From the IMG/VR virus record IMGVR_UViG_3300050514_000079: a DNA stretch of 47,377 nucleotides, one strand, 5' to 3'. The position numbers and the translations under genes are program-made. The notes beneath the pieces are model-generated. The model saw only the letters and a list, made by a program, of their open reading frames with translations, ran no database searches and was not told the origin of the DNA. Source of the DNA: a virus. Positions 23,425-32,830 of the stretch are shown one piece after another; the first letter of the stretch is position 1, and each line of letters starts with the position of its first letter.

Positions 23425-24027
23425 ATGGGCGGCATTACTACAGTTGGCGGCGGTTCCGGTGATGTTGTCGGGCCGTCGTCTGCGGTCGATTCAGAAGTAG
23501 CCGTGTTTTCAGGCACTGGCGGCAAAACCATCAAGCGCGCGGTGGCGTCTGGAATCGCGAAACTGGTGAACGGCGTGCTATCGGCTATTGCGTTGCCGTC
23601 CGACGCCACGAAGTTCTTAGATGGCACGGGAGCGTTCTCGACGCCCGCCAGCGGCGGCATCTCTCAGGGCCAGGGCGACGCGCGATATGCGATGCTCGAC
23701 GGGACAAACGGCCCCGCCGTAGAATCTGGCGTTCGACCCGCCTGTACCCTTGTCGGCCCGGCAGACTCTCCTTACAGCGTTCAAACTACGGATTTTGTGA
23801 TCATAGCTGATGCCACTGCCGGCGCCGTCGTTATCACATTACCTGCGGCGGATGATGGAAACCAGTTAGTCAGAATTAAAAAGCTGGACTCTACTGCCAA
23901 CACCGTGACGATTAACGCTGCCGGAGGGCAGACAATCGATGGCGCGTCTAGCCTTGTGCTAACGACGCAAAATGAAGCCAAGGATTTTCAGGCGGTCAAT
24001 CAGCTTGCAGCGTGGGTGATTTTATGA
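23425..24027 (+). CDS. Tail-fibre/receptor-binding-like protein
   Basis: N-terminal GGGSGDVVGPSSAVDSEVAVFSGTGGKTIK is a motif common at the N-termini of phage fibre proteins. Confidence 0.45.
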   Translation: MGGITTVGGGSGDVVGPSSAVDSEVAVFSGTGGKTIKRAVASGIAKLVNGVLSAIALPSDATKFLDGTGAFSTPASGGISQGQGDARYAMLDGTNGPAVESGVRPACTLVGPADSPYSVQTTDFVIIADATAGAVVITLPAADDGNQLVRIKKLDSTANTVTINAAGGQTIDGASSLVLTTQNEAKDFQAVNQLAAWVIL

Positions 24028-24359
24028 ATGAGAACTTCACGATCATTCCCTTTGGTGAGTACACCGCGGAGCAGGTCTCCTTGGTGATGGAGCAGGACGC
24101 GCACACTTCCGCGAAGCTCGCCGTGAACCTGAACTCCCGCGGGAGCGACAGCCTGACGTTGACGCTCAGCTACGCGGACGGAGACGACACGCCGCAGCTC
24201 GTGGTGCCACTCGGCACGATCACGAGCGAGGGGTGGACGTTCTTCGATGTCGGTCCCGGCTTGCCGATCAACATCCTCGTGCCCGATCGCTTCATCGTGA
24301 TCGCCACGCCGAACAACTCCGCGCCGAACACGTACGGTGTGTTCGTGACGCTGTACTGA
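24024..24359 (+). CDS. Hypothetical structural protein (111 aa)
   Basis: ATG at 24024 overlaps the upstream TGA (ATGA). Confidence 0.55.
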   Translation: MNENFTIIPFGEYTAEQVSLVMEQDAHTSAKLAVNLNSRGSDSLTLTLSYADGDDTPQLVVPLGTITSEGWTFFDVGPGLPINILVPDRFIVIATPNNSAPNTYGVFVTLY

Positions 24360-24366
24360 GCGGGCC

Positions 24367-24747
24367 ATGGCTTACAGCCCGCTCGGTTCCAGAATGCTAG
24401 GCGTCCTCAAGGGCGCCAACATGAACTCGACCGCCGATCAGCCGATCGCGATCGCTTTACCACCCGGGACGTCGACGTACGTCATTGACAAGATCATCGC
24501 CACGAATGCGTCGACGTCGCTCACCCTGGCCGCAGGGGGCCTTTACACGGCCGCGGCGAAGGGTGGTACGGCCATCGTGGCGGCCGCCCAGGTGTTCTCC
24601 GCACTCACGTCGGCAGCCAAGGTGCTCAATCCGACTCTTGCCGTTACTGATAAGCGCACGGAAGCAACACTATTTTTGTCACTAACGGTTGCTCAAGGTG
24701 CGTCGGCCACGGCTGACATTTATATCGTCGGCACGGTGCCCGGATGA
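24367..24747 (+). CDS. Hypothetical structural protein (126 aa)
   Basis: ORF coupled to the downstream gene (ATGA). Confidence 0.55.
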   Translation: MAYSPLGSRMLGVLKGANMNSTADQPIAIALPPGTSTYVIDKIIATNASTSLTLAAGGLYTAAAKGGTAIVAAAQVFSALTSAAKVLNPTLAVTDKRTEATLFLSLTVAQGASATADIYIVGTVPG

Positions 24748-25490
24748 GCCTGACCCGCGACGAGTTCCGCTCCGAGGTTCAGTTGGCGTGTCGCAACATG
24801 CCGACTTCGGACCCATACTACGGCGCAAGCGGCGAAATAATCGATCGCTTTATTGTACGCGGGCGAAACAAAGTCGTGCGGATGGGGATTGGCCCAAAGG
24901 GCGCGACCGATCGCTTTCCCGAACTCCGCTTCGATTGGACGATTGGTCCGACCGTCGCCGGGGAGAACATGGTTGCGCGACCGGCTGACTGTTTGGCAAT
25001 CGACAAAATAACGAAGCAAGAATCGTCCGTAGCGCCGCCAGCCGCATCCTCCTCACTCCTTCGGTGGGCTGGCATTCGCGAACAGCCGGTCACGTACATG
25101 GAACGCAATAGCCTGCTGTACCTCTCCAAGGACACCGAAACCGGCTATGCGACGCTCTGGACTCGCGAGGGCAAGTTCATTCAGTTCTACCCAACAGCGG
25201 ACGCTGATCACATCGATTATTTCCACGGTTACGGCATCCGGCGCGAGGTGCTGTCGGCGTCAGGCGACGCATTTGTAGCCGATGAGTTTTGGGACGATCC
25301 TACGATCATGGTGGCTGCGGCGATGATCATGGAGCGGCGCGGCTGGTACGCGAAGTCGCGGGAACTCTATCAGCGCGTCGAGGAGTACATCGCGCAAACG
25401 AGTGACGTATCTGCATTGGAGGGGTTAGGTGGCGATTCCGTCGTCTCGATCCAGGGCGCGCCGACTCGCGCCTCCGTCTATCGGCGCTGA
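24744..25490 (+). CDS. Head-tail adaptor / tail-tubular-A-like protein
   Basis: 248 aa, directly upstream of a ~770-aa protein, mirroring the T7 gp11-gp12 order. Positional inference only. Confidence 0.35.
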   Translation: MSLTRDEFRSEVQLACRNMPTSDPYYGASGEIIDRFIVRGRNKVVRMGIGPKGATDRFPELRFDWTIGPTVAGENMVARPADCLAIDKITKQESSVAPPAASSSLLRWAGIREQPVTYMERNSLLYLSKDTETGYATLWTREGKFIQFYPTADADHIDYFHGYGIRREVLSASGDAFVADEFWDDPTIMVAAAMIMERRGWYAKSRELYQRVEEYIAQTSDVSALEGLGGDSVVSIQGAPTRASVYRR

Positions 25491-27762
25491 GCCGCAGGCG
25501 GTGTCGGTCGCAATCGGCGGGAGCTTCGTCTCGGACGATCCATCAACGATTCCGGACGGATATGTCTACAAGCTGCACAACATGCTGATGCGCCCCGGAC
25601 CACGGATCGACGCGCGCCCTCCATTTGTGTACGACAGCGTCATGCGCGTAACCGGACTCGCGCTGTGGGAGGATCTCTCTAAGATCACGCGCTTCGTGGC
25701 GTTCGACTCTGACGGCAAGCTTTATCTCAAAAACGCTTCAGGAGAGACGTGGGTTACGGAGGGATTCCCGATCACGACAGGGCTTCCCGCCAATGCGCGC
25801 CTATCTTCATGGACGAATTACAGAGGGAAGCTGTACGCGCTTTTTGACGACGGCGCAGGAACGCCGTCCGCTGCGCTCGTCTTCGATGGCGTCGCTGTCA
25901 ATCTCTCACCGTTTAACTCGCCTATCCTTGGGAAATGCATCGCGGCATTCGGTGATCGTCTTTTTATCGCCTATGGGCGCATTGTTGTGCAAAACCTCTT
26001 GGGCACGACGAAGGCGTATGTCGCGACTGGAGGACAATGGACGCTGGTCAATGTGGACGCTGAAAACATCGCGCTTGGCACCGCAACGGTGGGGCGCCTG
26101 TCGCCAACGGCGACAACTGGCGCGGCGGCCTATGCCAAAACCGAGAACGTCGTTGCGCTGGCGACAACGGCACGTCGCGTTTTCCGCTGCGATCTTCAGT
26201 CGGAATCGGCCACGTACAACATGCCGATGACGTTGCTCGTGAAGCTGAAGGCTACATGGGAGACGGGAATGGCCGTCTCGAAAGACGCACTCGTCACGCC
26301 GAGCGCTTCGAACGGCTTTCGTTACAAGGCGTCGAATGCCGGGACAACTGGAGGCGCCGAGCCGACATGGCCGCTTGTACTGCGCGCCACAGTTACAGAC
26401 AACGGCATCACATGGGTTTGCGTTGGCTCGGACACGCTCGGCTCACTCGAAACAGTGTTGGTGAATTCGACCGACTCTCCGTCGTTCGTGTCGCACTACA
26501 TCCCCGCCGAATTGCCGCCGACGCCTGATGACTACGATGTGAACGTGCGTATCAGCTTCGGCAACTCTGCGATCCCCGTCATCTCGCTCGCCGCCGTAAA
26601 CTTCTCCTATCGGGACGCCAAAAACGACACAGATCCATCTAAGGCAAACTTTGGCCAGCAGTTCACGCGCGGCGACTTCTACCCGCCATTCTTCAATAAC
26701 GAATCGTCTGATACGCGCACGGTGGATTTGGATGCGCTGATCTGGTCCGAAACAAGTGAACCGTCACGAATTAGGGCCGCGAACAATTACCAGCCGAAAG
26801 AGGTCGCCGGTTACCCAACTGCACTACTTGTTCTCGGCGGGCGGCTGATTCTGTCGAAGCGCAGAGGGTTGTGGACGTTCAAGCTGACCGACGATCCAGA
26901 TACGCCGATTCTGCCGGAAACTGACCCACTTGTCGGATTCGGCATTATCGACTCACTGGCGTGGACGATCTTCGAAAACGAGTTGTTTTTCGTTGCCGAC
27001 GAAGAATGCTACCGCATGAAGGTAGGCAATGATCCCGTGCCGTTCTGCGGCGATGCCATGCGCGAGACGGTGATGATCAAAGGCTCGGACTGGATCGAAT
27101 TTCAGAACCAGTTCAATAAGCCGTTTGCGTCGATGGATGAGAACAAGCGCGATCTGTGGCTCTGCACACAAAAGGGAAAGGCGTTCTGCTTTTCGCTCGG
27201 CTTCGGTGAGCGTCCTCCAGCATGGTCGATTCACGACGTGGCGAACGCCGCCGAATTCTCGGCATTGCTCTACAACCCTAACACGCGCAAGGTGCAGGCG
27301 GCATTCAACCGGAGCGGAGACACAGGATACGGGCTCACGCGTCTCGACACCGCGCTTACGCAAAAGGACGTGATCGACAATACTGCGGCACTTCTGGCCG
27401 GAACCGCCGAGTTCATTCCCAAGCCCATAGAGCTGTTCTCACAGCAATTCGAACTCGCGCTGCACGAACTCGGTCTGTACCACATGGCGACGGCATCACA
27501 GGCCGGTGACGAAACGACGTGCTGGATCTCGTTTGACCGAGGTAAGACGTTCACGAAGTTTTTAGATGTGCGCATCGATCTGAGCGTGCCGCGCGTGCCA
27601 TTTCCAGTATTTCAGAGCGGAATCTCTGTCATGCCGAAGTTCACGCACACCGGTAACATGGGCAAGGCGGCGTTCTCCGTTTCAAAGTGCGACGCGCTTA
27701 TCGAACTTCTCGGCGGCCTGTGGCCGTTCACTCAGCCGACGCAGGTAGGTAGCAACCTATGA
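25429..27762 (+). CDS. Nozzle / tail-tubular-B-like protein
   Basis: 777-aa ORF (GTG 25429 overlaps the upstream gene by 62 nt; alternative GTG 25501). Call rests on size and position. Confidence 0.4.
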   Translation: MAIPSSRSRARRLAPPSIGAEPQAVSVAIGGSFVSDDPSTIPDGYVYKLHNMLMRPGPRIDARPPFVYDSVMRVTGLALWEDLSKITRFVAFDSDGKLYLKNASGETWVTEGFPITTGLPANARLSSWTNYRGKLYALFDDGAGTPSAALVFDGVAVNLSPFNSPILGKCIAAFGDRLFIAYGRIVVQNLLGTTKAYVATGGQWTLVNVDAENIALGTATVGRLSPTATTGAAAYAKTENVVALATTARRVFRCDLQSESATYNMPMTLLVKLKATWETGMAVSKDALVTPSASNGFRYKASNAGTTGGAEPTWPLVLRATVTDNGITWVCVGSDTLGSLETVLVNSTDSPSFVSHYIPAELPPTPDDYDVNVRISFGNSAIPVISLAAVNFSYRDAKNDTDPSKANFGQQFTRGDFYPPFFNNESSDTRTVDLDALIWSETSEPSRIRAANNYQPKEVAGYPTALLVLGGRLILSKRRGLWTFKLTDDPDTPILPETDPLVGFGIIDSLAWTIFENELFFVADEECYRMKVGNDPVPFCGDAMRETVMIKGSDWIEFQNQFNKPFASMDENKRDLWLCTQKGKAFCFSLGFGERPPAWSIHDVANAAEFSALLYNPNTRKVQAAFNRSGDTGYGLTRLDTALTQKDVIDNTAALLAGTAEFIPKPIELFSQQFELALHELGLYHMATASQAGDETTCWISFDRGKTFTKFLDVRIDLSVPRVPFPVFQSGISVMPKFTHTGNMGKAAFSVSKCDALIELLGGLWPFTQPTQVGSNL

Positions 27763-28058
27763 AACGCGTCGTTTCGATCGATCTCATGACAGCGCAGGGC
27801 ATCAGCACTGTCATGGCGAGAAACTTACGCCGCGTGCCGGAAAAGATCGGACCATTTGTCGGTTCGTGTCCTAGTTCGCCAGGACAGGTCGTTGTGACGC
27901 ATAATCTCGGTGTGAAGCCTGACATGATCGACGTGCAGCCGATGGTTAGCGGTCGATGGTGGGCGGACGAAGCTGACATGAAATCCTGGACGGACAAGGT
28001 CGTCGTGTTTCATGCGACCGCAGCAGGACAGTACCGTGTGTTCGTGGAGAGCATCTGA
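27759..28058 (+). CDS. Hypothetical protein (99 aa)
   Basis: ATGA and TGATG coupling at its two ends. Confidence 0.55.
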   Translation: MKRVVSIDLMTAQGISTVMARNLRRVPEKIGPFVGSCPSSPGQVVVTHNLGVKPDMIDVQPMVSGRWWADEADMKSWTDKVVVFHATAAGQYRVFVESI

Positions 28059-29011
28059 TGCCGACGATTCTCGATTGGGCGAAGTTCATTATGCAGGTGC
28101 GCGAGTCGCAGCGGCACGGCAACTTCGTAATGCCACCACTGACGCCAGAGCAGAAGGCGATGTGGGACCGCGTCAATCGCATGCTCGACAACACCCCGTC
28201 GCAGACGGCATACACCCCAATCCTCGCGTACGATCTCGGTCACCCCGCCACGCTGGATATCAATGCTCTGAAGCGCGGTGACGTAGGCTTCACGCCTGGA
28301 CAGCACATGTCCTACGAGGACTTGAGTAAGATCATCAGCGGCGCGGCGAAGCCGTCCGGCACTACGCCGCCGCCGACTTCAACTCCGACAAGCGCCGGCG
28401 CTCCCACGAACGGCGTTGCCGGAGATCCATTCGGCCATATGACTTCGCCCGCTGGCTCGTCTGGAGATCCATTTGGTAATTGGCCGGACCCTAGCGGCAC
28501 GGCCCACAACGTCACATGGGACGACATTAAGCGGTATGGACCGCAGGCAGTGAATGCCGTGAACGCGATCATCAGCGCGACTCCAGGCATGGCCTTGACT
28601 GCCGCATGGAACCTCGCCAAGCGAGCACTCCACATAGGGGATGAGAATAAGGAAGTCCCTACGCTGCCGTTGCGCCATAACGACGTGAGCGGTGGAACTC
28701 TTGAGCCAAATGGGCAGTCCTTCGGAAGCTTCTACGGGCCTATGCGCTATCGGCTCTCAATTGACGGCCATCCAATTCTTCAGACCACGCCTCAGCAACT
28801 CGCCGGTCAAACGTTCCTATCGAATCAGATGCGAGGGTTGCAGAACAATGGCGCGGGGACACCAGAAGGCCAAGGGATAGGCCAACCCGGCTTTGGTTAT
28901 GGCCTGAATTACGACGACTTTTACGGCGGCAACGGTGATCCCTCCGCGCGCATTGGCGCACCTGGTTATGGGACTCCGTTCGGACGTGGCGGTAGCGGGC
29001 AGAGGGTGTGA
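28058..29011 (+). CDS. Internal virion-type protein (317 aa), Gly/Pro-rich
   Basis: First of four consecutive, coupled large ORFs after the nozzle-like gene. Confidence 0.45.
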   Translation: MPTILDWAKFIMQVRESQRHGNFVMPPLTPEQKAMWDRVNRMLDNTPSQTAYTPILAYDLGHPATLDINALKRGDVGFTPGQHMSYEDLSKIISGAAKPSGTTPPPTSTPTSAGAPTNGVAGDPFGHMTSPAGSSGDPFGNWPDPSGTAHNVTWDDIKRYGPQAVNAVNAIISATPGMALTAAWNLAKRALHIGDENKEVPTLPLRHNDVSGGTLEPNGQSFGSFYGPMRYRLSIDGHPILQTTPQQLAGQTFLSNQMRGLQNNGAGTPEGQGIGQPGFGYGLNYDDFYGGNGDPSARIGAPGYGTPFGRGGSGQRV

Positions 29012-31395
29012 TGGCTGGACTTAACTACAACACGAACAGCTATTCCAATCCGTCCGAGTACAGCGACAAGCCATACTCGGATCAGCTCTACGGTCAGGAA
29101 GGCGCGAACACGCCGGGCGCCGTCGCGAACCAGCAGCAGAACCGCCGCGGCAGCACTGACGCGTACGAAATGTTTCGCAATGCGTCGCTTAACTGGCCGG
29201 TCAAAAAGCCACTCCAGAAACCCGCGCAGCCCGCGCCCGTCAACGACTTGGCCCGCCTGCTATCAACAGGAGCCTCAGCACCGCAGACTAGCGCCCCGAC
29301 TGGCGTCACGCAGCAATCCCTTGCCAGCTTTTTGACCGGCAGCACGCCAACACTCCAGCCGCCAGCGACGGATCAGATCCCGCCGATTCCAGAGATCCAG
29401 CCGGCCGCTGTCAGCTCCGGAATCGGCGCGCCGGGATGGCAGCCACCAGTTAGCTCTCTTTCCTCCGACGCTTCGATGCCGCCGAGCGCGATGCCTCCAG
29501 CCACGGGCCCAGGAGTTGCCCCAGGACAGCCGAACCAGAGCGGCACGGGGATGGACATCCCTTCGATGATCGCCGCCAGCACAACCGATCCTGCTAGCGC
29601 TGGTAACCACGAATGGCTCAAGCCGCTTACCAACATCGGCGGGCCAGGAGATCGCCCGATTGGCGGCGGGGATGGCGGAAACGGTGGGGGAGATGGTTCT
29701 ACACCGCCGCCACCAGTCACGACCCCGCCAGGCACAACTCCTGTGACGACGCCACCGCCGCCGCCAACCACGACTCCTCCGCCCTCCAATTATGAAGGGC
29801 CGTTGCCGAGTCCTGGCCCGTTCCCGCACAAAGGTGGTCCACCGCCACCGACGAAGAATGAATACACAGGGATGCCGCGTCCCGACGTGAATAGCCCGCT
29901 CTACGGCACGGAAGATCCGATGCGTGCGGCGGCGTGGTATCGAACCTTTACAGGTCCGAACGGTGACTACCGCGGCGTGACAGCCACAGACGTCGTCGAG
30001 TACCGCACATCCGGATCACCGCTCAACTTCGCCGAATGGTGGGACCAGAACCGCAGGCAGAACTCGCCGATGCGTCCCGTAGGCGACGCCGGAGATCCAG
30101 AGATTGCGGCTAAGTGGTACGCAGCCTTCCGCGGATATGAAAACGTCACCGCCGACGACGTGAACGCCTATCGCGAGTGGGCCGCTGATCCTGCGAACAA
30201 GGCTCAGGCGAACGGTGGGGTTGACTTCGGCCTGTGGTACGACTGGAATCGACGTGGCGGCGGGCAGAACCTCTACTCGTGGCAAGATCCGCGGACCAAC
30301 GCGGGCATGACGTGGGGCAACACGCCAGGGCAGATCACAGACGCTCAGGCGCAGAGCGAAATCTCGAAACTTTTAGCTTCAATCCAGGCTGGCGGCACAG
30401 GCTTTCAAAAACAGGCCGAGGCGTGGAAGTCAATGACGGATGCGGACCTCGCGGCCATGGGGCTCACCGCTTCGCAAATCGACTACCTCAAAGGACGGCG
30501 CGGTGAGAATGGCGCCCTCATTCAGCAGAACGCGCCGCCGCCTGCTGGCACAACGCCACCTCCCGCCACCGCACCGCCGCCGTCAACAACGCCACCGCCG
30601 AGTACGACACCGCCTCCAACGACCACGCCACCACCTGAGTCAGGACCGCCGACTACTACGCCGCCCCCGCCACCGCCAACGGTTACCTCGACGGCGCAGC
30701 CGATCGACATGTCGGCAGTGACGCGGACGCTCTATGGGCCGCTCTTTTCGCAGCAACAGCAGGACTTGGCCCGAACGCTTAGGGCCCAAGCCGCTCTAAC
30801 CGGGCAAATCAACTCTGGCGGTTTCAATGAGTCGCTGGCCCGCGGGGAATCGAACCTGTCCGCGCAGCAGGGCGCACAACTCGCGGAGCACACCGAATCC
30901 GCTCTCAATAGGCAACAGCAACTCGCCATTGCGCAGATGCAGGACTTGACGCAGCGCTTCGGCATTCAAACAAACGACCAGTTGCAGCGTTGGCTCAACT
31001 CTTCGGCGTCCGATACCGTTCAGAAGTACGGCATCGATAAGAACGATCTGTTGCAGCGGTACATCGAAGAGTTACGGCTTAAGGGCGTTCAGTATTCCGC
31101 CGATAAGCAGTACGACGCCGCAGCCATGTCTGCCGCAGCATCCAAGGCAGCCGCCGAGATCGGCGCCGCTACGAGTCGGGCGAATGTATCCGCTCAGCTC
31201 TCGCAACAGCGCTACGAAACCGATCTGCAAGACAAATACAATTGGGGTAAATTGCAGGCTGATCTCTACACTTCGGGACAGCAGAACTATTACACCGCGC
31301 TCGGATTTCTCATGAATTCAGGTATGAACCCAAATGACGCTCTCGCAATTATCGGAGCGCTCGGCCTGCAACCCTCGGCCTACGTGAAGCCATAA
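29008..31395 (+). CDS. Internal/ejection-type protein with two Pro/Thr-rich tracts and a Gln-rich coiled coil
   Basis: 795 aa. TPPPPVTTPPGTTPVTTPPPPPTTTPPP (~29689..29863) and PPPATAPPPSTTPPPSTTPPPTTTPPP (~30525..30690). Internal duplication of an AxWY..F.G...VTA.DV..YR module. Confidence 0.5.
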   Translation: MMAGLNYNTNSYSNPSEYSDKPYSDQLYGQEGANTPGAVANQQQNRRGSTDAYEMFRNASLNWPVKKPLQKPAQPAPVNDLARLLSTGASAPQTSAPTGVTQQSLASFLTGSTPTLQPPATDQIPPIPEIQPAAVSSGIGAPGWQPPVSSLSSDASMPPSAMPPATGPGVAPGQPNQSGTGMDIPSMIAASTTDPASAGNHEWLKPLTNIGGPGDRPIGGGDGGNGGGDGSTPPPPVTTPPGTTPVTTPPPPPTTTPPPSNYEGPLPSPGPFPHKGGPPPPTKNEYTGMPRPDVNSPLYGTEDPMRAAAWYRTFTGPNGDYRGVTATDVVEYRTSGSPLNFAEWWDQNRRQNSPMRPVGDAGDPEIAAKWYAAFRGYENVTADDVNAYREWAADPANKAQANGGVDFGLWYDWNRRGGGQNLYSWQDPRTNAGMTWGNTPGQITDAQAQSEISKLLASIQAGGTGFQKQAEAWKSMTDADLAAMGLTASQIDYLKGRRGENGALIQQNAPPPAGTTPPPATAPPPSTTPPPSTTPPPTTTPPPESGPPTTTPPPPPPTVTSTAQPIDMSAVTRTLYGPLFSQQQQDLARTLRAQAALTGQINSGGFNESLARGESNLSAQQGAQLAEHTESALNRQQQLAIAQMQDLTQRFGIQTNDQLQRWLNSSASDTVQKYGIDKNDLLQRYIEELRLKGVQYSADKQYDAAAMSAAASKAAAEIGAATSRANVSAQLSQQRYETDLQDKYNWGKLQADLYTSGQQNYYTALGFLMNSGMNPNDALAIIGALGLQPSAYVKP

Positions 31396-31399
31396 CGCC

Positions 31400-32830
31400 A
31401 TGCAAATCATCGAGCACTCTGGACCTCGCCTCTCTGACGCCGTTGGCGGACTCGCTGACGTTTTGCGTCGCGAGCAAGAGCAGTCAGATGAGAACGACCG
31501 CGCGCAGATGCTCGTCAAGAGCCAACAGGACACGGCGACTCAGAAGACGGCATCGGAGCAGGCGAAGTCGCGCGCCGAGGCGGTACGCACTGTACTCCTG
31601 AATGCCGACTCTGATCCGCAGGCGTGGGGGCGGGCGTACGCCGAGTTACAACGCCGCGACCCGGAAGCTGCGAAGTTCATCCCCGATATCAGCACCTTGC
31701 CGCTCAGCGACTTTCAGCAGGCCAAAAACACGCTCCGTATGCAGGAGAACGCGCTCCAGCAGCAGCAGACGCAGATCCGCTCTGGCGCAGCGGGGCGCAT
31801 GATCGGCGGAGCCCCGAACCGCACCGATGCGGCCATTACCTTTAACCCACAGAGCGCCGGGACCGCGCCGTACAACCAGGAGCAGTTAGCCGATGTGCTT
31901 GGCGGGCGTTTCTCAAGCAAGCCGCCGTCGCCCGATGAGATGCAAGCCGCTAAAGTCGAGACGAAGATCGCACCGGATGCCGCGACGGTTCTCAAAGAGA
32001 AAACCGAGGGACCGTTGCGCATTGCTCAGGCAGATGAAGCGAAGGGCCGAGCCACGGAAGCTAGGGCGAGCGCAAAGGAAAAGGTTGCGCGGGCGAATTC
32101 TCTCGCCGCCACCGCGCAGGGGCAAGCGAACGGCGTCCAGCCTGGCACGCCGGCATTCCGCGTCGCTCAGGATATTGCGTATGGCGTGCTGCCGTTCAGG
32201 GACTTCAAGAACCGCGGGTTCGGCGACGCGAAGCAAAAGATGGCGATCTACGACAAGGCTCGCGATCTAAACCCGAACTTTGATGTTTCGAAGTTTGAAC
32301 TCGGCTACCAGTTCGCCAGCAATCCCAAAATTCGGCAACAGGTTTCATCCGCCGATAACGCACTGTCTCGCCTCGACGATGCGATCCGCGTCTCTGACGA
32401 TGCGGCACGCACCGGCATTCAAGCCGTCAACGGGATTGTCATGAAAGGCGGCGTGAAACTCGGCGGCGTGTCGTACTCGAATTTCGTTGTCGCCCAAAAG
32501 GCGCTCGGCGACGAGATTTCCGGGGCGCTCGGTTTTGGCTCAGCAACCGACATGACGCGGCAACTCGGCCTCGATATGACTGATCCGACTCTGTCGCCAG
32601 AACAGTTCAAGGGCGCTCTGGAACAGGTCCGCTCGTTCTTGACTTCCAAACGCAGCGCGCTCGTCAACCAGATGGGCACGTACGGCACAGCCGTGAATCA
32701 GTTCAGCGGCACTACGCAGCCGCGCGCCCCATCTCAAAAGAATCGGCTGCAAAAGGAACAGCGCAATAAAAGGACTGGAGAGACGCGCACTGTTTACTCT
32801 GATGATGGCGGGACGACATGGGACCCGTAG
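31400..32830 (+). CDS. Internal/ejection-type protein (476 aa)
   Basis: Helical, Ala/Gln-rich ORF in the same coupled block. Confidence 0.45.
   Translation: MQIIEHSGPRLSDAVGGLADVLRREQEQSDENDRAQMLVKSQQDTATQKTASEQAKSRAEAVRTVLLNADSDPQAWGRAYAELQRRDPEAAKFIPDISTLPLSDFQQAKNTLRMQENALQQQQTQIRSGAAGRMIGGAPNRTDAAITFNPQSAGTAPYNQEQLADVLGGRFSSKPPSPDEMQAAKVETKIAPDAATVLKEKTEGPLRIAQADEAKGRATEARASAKEKVARANSLAATAQGQANGVQPGTPAFRVAQDIAYGVLPFRDFKNRGFGDAKQKMAIYDKARDLNPNFDVSKFELGYQFASNPKIRQQVSSADNALSRLDDAIRVSDDAARTGIQAVNGIVMKGGVKLGGVSYSNFVVAQKALGDEISGALGFGSATDMTRQLGLDMTDPTLSPEQFKGALEQVRSFLTSKRSALVNQMGTYGTAVNQFSGTTQPRAPSQKNRLQKEQRNKRTGETRTVYSDDGGTTWDP

Noticed and set aside
29689-30690. Pro/Thr-coding short repeats considered as a possible CRISPR-like or satellite array.
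   Set aside because: They are in-frame low-complexity coding sequence inside a long ORF, with no repeat-spacer periodicity.
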